Part shown: positions 57,531-64,000 of the stretch, in pieces
Layout of the letters: the number at the start of each line of letters is the position of its first letter
How positions within the stretch are numbered: the stretch's first letter is position 1
DNA from: Bacteroidota bacterium
GTDB taxonomy: Bacteria; Bacteroidota; Ignavibacteria; UBA10030; UBA6906
Direction of reading: 5' to 3'
Assembly (NCBI GenBank): GCA_035687895.1
Contig: DASRUE010000196.1
Coordinates: forward strand, 1,489-65,488
Length of the DNA stretch: 64,000 nucleotides
Notes under the pieces: model-generated
The model's input: only the letters and a program-made list of their open reading frames with translations
The model's database searches: none
What the model was told of the DNA's origin: nothing
Made by a program: the position numbers and the translations under genes

Positions 57531-58715
57531 TCAACAGATTCGGAAGACGCCAAACTTCAAATAGTGGGTCTCTGGGACGGAAGGAAGTGTAGGATGGTCG
57601 GGGGCAGCTCCCTGCCAGATCAGCATCTGAAGCTTTCTTCCTGTCTTCTGGGCAGCTTCACGGATGATCGTTAGGAACAGGTCCTGTTCGATGTGATGGG
57701 AACACGATGCAGTCATCAGCGTGCCACCTTCGCGAATCGACCGGATTGCATTAACGTGGAGCTCTTTGTACCCCTTCCTTGCGGCGGGAACTGTCTTTCT
57801 GCTTTTAGTGAACGATGGGGGATCGAGAACAACAACATCATACCCTGGCTTTTCCGTTGCCACGGAGGCGAGCCGTTCAAAAACGTCCCCTTTCTCGAAC
57901 CGGACATTCTGCACCTCGTTGAGTACAGCATTCTGTGCTGCTCGTTGGACTGCTTCTTCAGAAACATCAATGCCGGTGACCTCCAACGCACCACCTCTGG
58001 CAGCATGCAGGGCGAATCCGCCGTCATTGCAAAAACAGTCGAGAACGCGTGCGTTCTTACTGAACCGTCGGATCACTGCACGGTTCTCACGCTGATCAAG
58101 AAAAAACCCCGTCTTCTGTCCCTCGAGTGTATCTACCAGAAACTGAATTCCATTCTCATGGTGAACGGTCTTTTGAACGGATCCACGGAGGACCCCCTTC
58201 TTCTGAGGGAGATGCTCCAACAGCCGCAGTGGCGATTCGTTTCGCTCCACAATGCCGTCAGGGTGCAATAGATCCTCCAGCACATCGCAGATCATTGATA
58301 GTCGAACGTCCATTCCATAGGAGAACGTCTGCACACACAGGTAGTTGTTGTACTTGTCGATAACAAGTCCGGGGAGAAAATCGCTTTCTCCGTGCACCAG
58401 ACGGAAGCTCTCGCTCTCAGGATACAGTTGTCTCCGAAGCGCGAGTGCGGCTGTGATTCGCTTACGGAAAAAAGGCCCATCAATTTCTTCAGTCACCGAT
58501 GAGAGGAGACGAAAGGCAATAAGCGAATGAGGGTTGTACATCCCGATTCCCAACAACAGACCGCTTGCTGCGCGGAGTTCAACAATGTCGCCAATCGCAG
58601 GTGATCCTTTCGTCTCGCGTATCTCGTTGCTGAAAATCCACGGGTGACCTGAGAGCAGCCTTCTGTCTTCGTTCTTCTTCAGGATGAGTTGTTTTCTTGG
58701 TGAGGTAGTGTTCAT
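57531..58715 (-). CDS. rlmI: Class I SAM-dependent rRNA methyltransferase, RlmI/RlmK-like (PUA domain plus methyltransferase domain)
   Basis: The N-terminus RLLSGHPWIFSNEI is PUA-like. The methyltransferase region is RVLDCFCNDGGFALHAA, with a DPPSF motif. It is 395 aa from the internal ATG. Confidence 0.75.
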   Translation of the reverse strand: MNTTSPRKQLILKKNEDRRLLSGHPWIFSNEIRETKGSPAIGDIVELRAASGLLLGIGMYNPHSLIAFRLLSSVTEEIDGPFFRKRITAALALRRQLYPESESFRLVHGESDFLPGLVIDKYNNYLCVQTFSYGMDVRLSMICDVLEDLLHPDGIVERNESPLRLLEHLPQKKGVLRGSVQKTVHHENGIQFLVDTLEGQKTGFFLDQRENRAVIRRFSKNARVLDCFCNDGGFALHAARGGALEVTGIDVSEEAVQRAAQNAVLNEVQNVRFEKGDVFERLASVATEKPGYDVVVLDPPSFTKSRKTVPAARKGYKELHVNAIRSIREGGTLMTASCSHHIEQDLFLTIIREAAQKTGRKLQMLIWQGAAPDHPTLPSVPETHYLKFGVFRIC

Positions 58716-58837
58716 GGCTTGACAAGGTATCAAGAACACCTCCGAATTGCAAGGAAGTGCGAAAGTGCCTCGTTGATATTCGGAGCGAATATGGTTATAT
58801 TTTTCTAAGAACCTGTCACACAGAGACCAACCTTTGC

Positions 58838-59524
58838 ATGAACAACTCATCATCATCGAACCGGTCCGATCACAATCGTCTGACCTGTGTGATATTTGAT
58901 CTCGACGGCACGTTGACGCGGACAAACGATCTGATCTTTGCCAGCTTCAATCACGTCGCAATGAAATACCTTGGAAAGACTCTTACGAAGGAAGAAATCA
59001 TAGGTCTTTTTGGCCCCCCTGAAGAACATGGTATGGCCGTTCTTGTGGGGGACGATCAGGCTGCAACAGCACTGGACGATCTGTGCAAGTACTACCGTGC
59101 CTACCACAGCAAGCTCGCCTCGCTCCACCATGGGATTGACGAGGTTCTTCGGTACCTGAAGAATCATGGCGTCAAGATTGCCTTGTTCACCGGGAAAGGA
59201 AGGCGGACGACACACATTACGCTGGAAGAACTGAGTATCGGCCAATACTTCGATCTTGTTGTGTCCGGGTCTGACGTCGCCCATCATAAGCCCCATCATG
59301 AAGGAATCGCACGCGTCCTTGAAACCTTCTCACTCCAGGCGTCGGAAGTGTTGATGGTGGGTGACGCGCTGGCTGATCTGAAGGCGTCTCGCGCTGCCGG
59401 AGTGAGGATGGCAGCCGTGGTGTGGGACTCTTACGACCGCGAACGGGTTATCCGGTCGGATGCCGACTATCTCTTTACTGAAGTGCAGGAATTGTTTCTC
59501 TGGCTCCAACAGCACATTAATTGA
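58838..59524 (+). CDS. HAD-superfamily hydrolase (phosphoglycolate phosphatase-like)
   Basis: It has motif I VIFDLDGTL, motif II near FTGK, and motif III VGDALADL. The tabled start is a GTG upstream. Confidence 0.7.
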   Translation: MNNSSSSNRSDHNRLTCVIFDLDGTLTRTNDLIFASFNHVAMKYLGKTLTKEEIIGLFGPPEEHGMAVLVGDDQAATALDDLCKYYRAYHSKLASLHHGIDEVLRYLKNHGVKIALFTGKGRRTTHITLEELSIGQYFDLVVSGSDVAHHKPHHEGIARVLETFSLQASEVLMVGDALADLKASRAAGVRMAAVVWDSYDRERVIRSDADYLFTEVQELFLWLQQHIN

Positions 59525-59539
59525 AGTGACCGCAAATCC

Positions 59540-60871
59540 GTGAACGACGAGCATCCTCTCATTTTCAGGATTGTCCGGTACGGACTTCCTCTTGTTGTAG
59601 CCCTCTTCTATCTAACCGCATCGCTCACCTTTGACTACACTCCCGACAGCGCGTATGCAACATTTCACGCTGCACGTGAGCTTGTTCAGTATGGAGAAGT
59701 CATACAGAACCAGTCTGCTGCCGTGAGCCCGAATCCTCTCTGGGTGTTTTTCCTAGCCCTGGGGGTGGTGCTCGGTATTGACGTTGTGTTGACGGCTAAG
59801 GTCTTCAGTTTATTTTTTGCTTCGCTGAGTGTACTCTTCACATATCTGGTTGCTAACGAGCTTTTGAAAGAGAGGCTGCTTGGTTTTTGTACGGCCCTTC
59901 TGGTGGCAATGCAATATTCGTTGCTGCAGTCTGCGCCGTCCGGGACAGCGCACGCAATAGCGATGACGCTCTCTCTTGCTGCGATGTTCTTCCTCCTGCG
60001 GAACGAGTATCTGCTTGCCACCCTTTTCACAGGTCTCTGCACGCTCGTATTCTGGGAAGGAATTGCACTCTTTTTCATCCTCATTATTGATATTTGGCTG
60101 AACTCGACAAGCAAGCGCCGCGGCATAAAAGTCATCGGTTCCGCCGTGCTTGTGTACGTGGCAGTCCTTCTTCCGTGGCTACTGTATTCTATTGCTGTTC
60201 GAAGTTCCTTTATCACGCTGCTCGTGCCAGTGGGTGAGTTTCCAGAGGTCAGTTGGAAAGAGACTGTCTCGATGGCCGTCATAGGTGTGTTGACCGTTGC
60301 GGGTGTAGCGCTTCTCACGCGCAGGCTCGAGGAGCGGGTTGCTTTCATGAGGAATCAATCCGCCGCACTTGCGTGGGGGCTGTTGGCATGTTGTATTGGC
60401 CTCTATGGCGGCTCCGATCTCTGGATGCTGGCAATCCCCTTCGGCGTTGCTTTTGCGTTCCAGGGACTGAAGCAGAGCCTGATTCGTTGGAACAAGCCGG
60501 GTGCAGTTTACTCTTCAGCGTTTCTCCTTACTGCGTTGCTCCTTGCATTGAGTCAGGCAACCTTCACCGGAGTGGCGCGGACTGCCATGGTTGAAGGGAT
60601 CGAAGCGTCACAGCAGCTGATTCCTATTTCGTACTGGATCAGATCGCATATACCGGATGACGCCACTGTGTGTGCGGTGTACCGGCCGGAAATTCTTAGC
60701 TACTATGCAGAGCGGGACGTTACCTGTGCTGATCGTTCGAAAACAGATCGTAAGAGAGAGGAACGTGACTACGTGGTGGACAACGCGGCGACGATGGATG
60801 GCTTTGACTTGGTGTACACAACGGGAATTGCTGGGCCCACACACGTGTACGGAGTCTGGAGGAGACGATGA
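59540..60871 (+). CDS. Polytopic membrane protein (putative GT-C-like glycosyltransferase), GTG start
   Basis: It has about 10 TM helices and a C-terminal soluble domain. Its architecture resembles the ORF at 138. Confidence 0.45.
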   Translation: MNDEHPLIFRIVRYGLPLVVALFYLTASLTFDYTPDSAYATFHAARELVQYGEVIQNQSAAVSPNPLWVFFLALGVVLGIDVVLTAKVFSLFFASLSVLFTYLVANELLKERLLGFCTALLVAMQYSLLQSAPSGTAHAIAMTLSLAAMFFLLRNEYLLATLFTGLCTLVFWEGIALFFILIIDIWLNSTSKRRGIKVIGSAVLVYVAVLLPWLLYSIAVRSSFITLLVPVGEFPEVSWKETVSMAVIGVLTVAGVALLTRRLEERVAFMRNQSAALAWGLLACCIGLYGGSDLWMLAIPFGVAFAFQGLKQSLIRWNKPGAVYSSAFLLTALLLALSQATFTGVARTAMVEGIEASQQLIPISYWIRSHIPDDATVCAVYRPEILSYYAERDVTCADRSKTDRKREERDYVVDNAATMDGFDLVYTTGIAGPTHVYGVWRRR

Positions 60872-62187
60872 TGCACCGCGGGAGAGGGAGTCTGATTTGC
60901 GTCTGGCTTGGGATGTGGGGATTGGGAATAGCCCGGGGACAAGAAATCCCATCGGCGGTTGGGCCGGTTGTTGTCAGGGGACTCTCGGTCTATGCCATGG
61001 AGAACGAGCAAAACTTTCCCGTTGTGACGCGAGATAGTGCCAACGCTCCCTTCCGACAGTACCTTACCATTCAGTTCGATGTGCTGGCCGATGATCCACC
61101 GTTGTTGAAGATCAGGTTCTGGCATTGTACACGTGACTGGGTACCGGACAACAATGTTTTCCTGCAGGATGAGACGCACAATACTTCGTTCAACCTATCC
61201 TATCGCACATCTCCCAACGGCGTGCGTGGGTACGCCTACCGGTACAAGAACCGATTTCCAGATGAAGATGACATCGTGCGGTTTGCCTACTCCGGAAACT
61301 GGGTATTCAGAATAATGGATAATGATGAGACCTTTGTATATGGTGAAGGAAAGTTCTTTGTGGTGGACAATCGGACGCCGACGGATGTCCATGTGACAGA
61401 TGATTATCTTACAGACAACGCCTCACCGATGAACCAGATCCATAAAGTGGAAGTTGGTATCATCTTGCCGGATGAGGTAGAAGGACAATTTTATTCGACG
61501 GTTGATGTGTATCAGAATTGGCGCATCGATCATGCCTACCGTATTGATGCGAGCGACAGAAATTCATACACCATAGTGGATGGCTATAACACAGGGCGTC
61601 GTCGGTTCTCTGTCTCGAATGTCTTTCCCGGGAACGAGTATCGTAAGCTTGATCTCAGCAATGTCAACCGGTATCCGAACCGTTCGCTCGTCAGATTAGT
61701 GGAAGGAGCTGACCAGGAGCGGAGCTTCTGGCGAACGGGTCCCGACAGGAACGGAGCAGCGATTCTTGGCAGGTTCACCGGCATTAATTCCGACTACCTT
61801 GAGGTTCTCTTTCGTCTCGATTTGACACAAGCGTCACTCCGGGCAGCCACGGTCGGAGGGAGGGAAATTTTTGTTGTTGGTCAATTCAACCGATGGCAGC
61901 CCACTGTCGATGACATGCTTGTCTACGACGAGGATGAGATGTCATACGTTGTAAGGAAACTTCTTCGCAGGGGAGTGTATGACTACCAGTATGTAACGGG
62001 ATTCCGGGACGCCAGAAGCCGGACCGTTCTGGATCAGGACTGGCTCGTCCTGGAGGGGAACGACTGGCGAACGACAAACACTTATCGTGCCTTTGTGTAT
62101 TACAAAGATCCTCGCTACGGCGGGTTTGATCGACTTGTGGGCTATGGGACCGCACTCAGCGGGACGGCGCCGGCTGGCTCATATTAA
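60868..62187 (+). CDS. Secreted beta-rich protein, DUF5103/T9SS-plug-like (tentative)
   Basis: It has a signal peptide. Its aromatic/Asp-rich repeats recall DUF5103. This assignment is from memory only. Confidence 0.4.
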   Translation: MMHRGRGSLICVWLGMWGLGIARGQEIPSAVGPVVVRGLSVYAMENEQNFPVVTRDSANAPFRQYLTIQFDVLADDPPLLKIRFWHCTRDWVPDNNVFLQDETHNTSFNLSYRTSPNGVRGYAYRYKNRFPDEDDIVRFAYSGNWVFRIMDNDETFVYGEGKFFVVDNRTPTDVHVTDDYLTDNASPMNQIHKVEVGIILPDEVEGQFYSTVDVYQNWRIDHAYRIDASDRNSYTIVDGYNTGRRRFSVSNVFPGNEYRKLDLSNVNRYPNRSLVRLVEGADQERSFWRTGPDRNGAAILGRFTGINSDYLEVLFRLDLTQASLRAATVGGREIFVVGQFNRWQPTVDDMLVYDEDEMSYVVRKLLRRGVYDYQYVTGFRDARSRTVLDQDWLVLEGNDWRTTNTYRAFVYYKDPRYGGFDRLVGYGTALSGTAPAGSY

Positions 62188-62201
62188 TCACGGGAGTTTC
62201 T

Positions 62202-63194
62202 GTGGAACAACTCAGAATTGGCGTGGTGGGTGTCGGGCATCTCGGCTCATTGCATGCGAAAATGTTGGCGGATCTTCCGTCGGTTAAGCTGGTTGGTGTG
62301 TATGATCTGGAACAGGAAAAAGCTGCCGCGATTGCAGCCGAATATGGCACGTGTGCGTTTGCATCGCTTGACGAATTGCTGGGTCACGTAGATGCACTGA
62401 CCATTGCCACGGCAACCAAGTCACATTTCTCTGTTGCCGTCGAGGCTCTCGGACACGGCAAACATCTCTTCATTGAGAAACCGATCACGCAAACGATCGC
62501 CGAAGCGGAAACTGTCTGCTCACTTGCAAAGCAGAAGGGACTCCTCGTACAGGTGGGTCATATCGAGCGGTTTAACCCTGCGATCCTTGCGCTGGAACGA
62601 TACACGATCCAGCCGATGTTTGTTGAGTCCCACAGGCTTGCCCAGTTCAATCCGCGTGGTGCAGATGTTGCCGTTGTTCTCGACCTGATGATCCACGATA
62701 TCGACATCATACTCACTTTTGTCAAGTCGCCGGTCGCGCGTGTTGACGCCAACGGTGTCGCAGTGGTGTCCGACAGCGTTGACATTGCCAATGCGCGGCT
62801 GCAATTTGAGAACGGCTGCGTTGCCAATGTCACTGCCAGCCGGATCTCACAGCGAAAAATGCGCAAGATGCGCCTCTTCCAAAGGAACGAGTATATCTCA
62901 ATCGATTTTTCTGAAGGGCTTGCCGAGGTTTTCCGGCTGGTCGGAGAGGACGAACCAGATGCCAAGGGGACCATGATGCTTGGTGAGCTTGGGTCTGGAA
63001 AGTACAAACGGAAGATTGTATACGTGCAACCCGAAGTGAAGGAGGTGAACGCGCTGAAGTACGAACTTGATCTCTTTGCCAAAGCCGTTATCAATCGTAC
63101 CCAGCCACTCGTCACCTGCGAAGACGGCAAACGGGCGCTCGAGGTTGCCCAGATCATTATGGAGAAGATCAGTCAACAGACGGTGCAAATGTAA
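62202..63194 (+). CDS. Gfo/Idh/MocA family NAD(P)-dependent oxidoreductase
   Basis: The sequence is LRIGVVGVGHLGSLHAKML...LFIEKP. It is 330 aa. Confidence 0.85.
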   Translation: MEQLRIGVVGVGHLGSLHAKMLADLPSVKLVGVYDLEQEKAAAIAAEYGTCAFASLDELLGHVDALTIATATKSHFSVAVEALGHGKHLFIEKPITQTIAEAETVCSLAKQKGLLVQVGHIERFNPAILALERYTIQPMFVESHRLAQFNPRGADVAVVLDLMIHDIDIILTFVKSPVARVDANGVAVVSDSVDIANARLQFENGCVANVTASRISQRKMRKMRLFQRNEYISIDFSEGLAEVFRLVGEDEPDAKGTMMLGELGSGKYKRKIVYVQPEVKEVNALKYELDLFAKAVINRTQPLVTCEDGKRALEVAQIIMEKISQQTVQM

Positions 63195-64000
63195 ATGGCG
63201 GAACGACAAGACATCATTGCGCTGCCCCATCCCATGCTCACTGCAATCGCCTCCGTGGCAGATCGGGATGGAGTTGAGGCCTATGTCGTCGGTGGGTACG
63301 TCAGGGATGTCCTGCTGGGCCGCGATGGCAAGGATATCGACATTCTGGTGATTGGTGACGGAGTGCAGTTTGCACGCACGGTTGCCCGGACATTAGGGCT
63401 GGCAAATGTTGTCGTGTTCGATCAGTTTGGAACGGCCATGGTCCCAACGGAGAATGGAAAGATCGAGTTCGTAGGGGCAAGGAAAGAGGAGTATTCCTCT
63501 GATTCCCGTAATCCAGTCGTCAGGGTCGGGACGTTGGAGGATGATCTGCGCCGCCGGGACTTCACGGTGAACGCGTTGGCAGCGAGCTTGAATAAGGGAC
63601 GGTTTGGCATGCTGTACGATCCCTTCATGGGGCAGGAGGACATGAAGCGTAGGTACCTCCGCACGCCGCTGGAACCGGCAAGGACCTTTAATGACGACCC
63701 TCTCCGCATCATGCGAGCGCTCCGATTTGCTTCGCAGCTCGAGTTCACTATCGAAGAGAAAACCATGGCCGCGCTCCGTGGCATGAAGGAGAGGCTTTCC
63801 ATCATCTCACAAGAACGGATCACGGACGAGCTTCTGAAAATCCTAAAGAGTCCGCGTCCTTCTATAGGTCTGCGGCTGATGTATGATACCGGTGTGATGC
63901 ACCTGGTTTTTCCCGAGGTTGCCCAGATGGCCGGCGTGGACCAACGGAAGGATCATCACCACAAGGATGTTTTTCTTCACACGTGTATTGTGGTTGACAA
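63195..64000 (+). CDS. tRNA nucleotidyltransferase/poly(A) polymerase family protein (CCA-adding enzyme-like), 3'-truncated by window end
   Basis: It has GGYVRDVLLGRDGKDIDI and RRDFTVNALA of the polymerase beta head domain. It begins 1 nt after the upstream stop. No stop codon occurs before 64000. Confidence 0.8.
   Translation, partial: MAERQDIIALPHPMLTAIASVADRDGVEAYVVGGYVRDVLLGRDGKDIDILVIGDGVQFARTVARTLGLANVVVFDQFGTAMVPTENGKIEFVGARKEEYSSDSRNPVVRVGTLEDDLRRRDFTVNALAASLNKGRFGMLYDPFMGQEDMKRRYLRTPLEPARTFNDDPLRIMRALRFASQLEFTIEEKTMAALRGMKERLSIISQERITDELLKILKSPRPSIGLRLMYDTGVMHLVFPEVAQMAGVDQRKDHHHKDVFLHTCIVVD

Overview
This looks like a chromosomal segment from a Gram-negative bacterium. It is about 52% GC and uses strong AAGGAGG-type Shine-Dalgarno sites. 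Several clues point to the FCB-group (an H1/Hc1-like histone, a DUF5103/T9SS-plug-like secreted protein, and a TonB receptor with a CarboxypepD-reg domain), though this is inference.

The window divides into five parts:
- 1-6.9 kb is a partial nucleotide-sugar/glycan cluster: a GT-C-like membrane protein, a DegT-family aminotransferase, a WbpP-like epimerase, a PglC-like phosphoglycosyltransferase and a PglF/CapD-like 4,6-dehydratase.
- 7-28 kb is mostly housekeeping and signalling genes: galE, a quinone oxidoreductase, histidine kinases, aat, purC, an M16 peptidase pair, a hybrid kinase phosphorelay, ychF and a TonB-dependent receptor.
- 28.5-34.6 kb is a tight minus-strand operon. It runs from fur through two tandem feoA genes, feoB and a FeoB-associated Cys-rich peptide to an outer-membrane beta-barrel, an FMN-binding (flavinylation-motif) protein, a 4-TM membrane protein and a SufT-like protein.
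- 34.7-37.1 kb carries a deoxyhypusine-synthase-like gene, an Hc1-like histone, rpsU (TTG start) with an upstream zinc-ribbon gene, and tRNA-Met(CAT).
- 37.3-53.6 kb is a large type IVa pilus-like gene cluster, described below.

The pilus-like cluster contains a receiver-domain protein, two GspE/PilB-family ATPases, two tandem pilin-like paralogs, PilC, three further pilin-like proteins, PilT, a PilM-PilN fusion, a PilO-like protein, a short secretin and a lipoprotein. All five pilin-like genes lack the canonical G(-1)/F(+1)/E(+5) prepilin motif, and no prepilin peptidase is present in the window. This is the strongest candidate for an unusual or undescribed system.

Downstream of the cluster are uvrA, an outer-membrane barrel, rlmI, a HAD hydrolase, a membrane protein, a DUF5103-like protein, a Gfo/Idh/MocA oxidoreductase and a partial CCA-adding enzyme.

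I found no CRISPR array, transposase or integrase. Many intergenic regions carry near-perfect TTGACA-N17-TATATT promoters and clear intrinsic terminators. Family names come from motif recognition by eye, not database searches. Hand-counted coordinates for intergenic motifs may be off by 1-2 nt.
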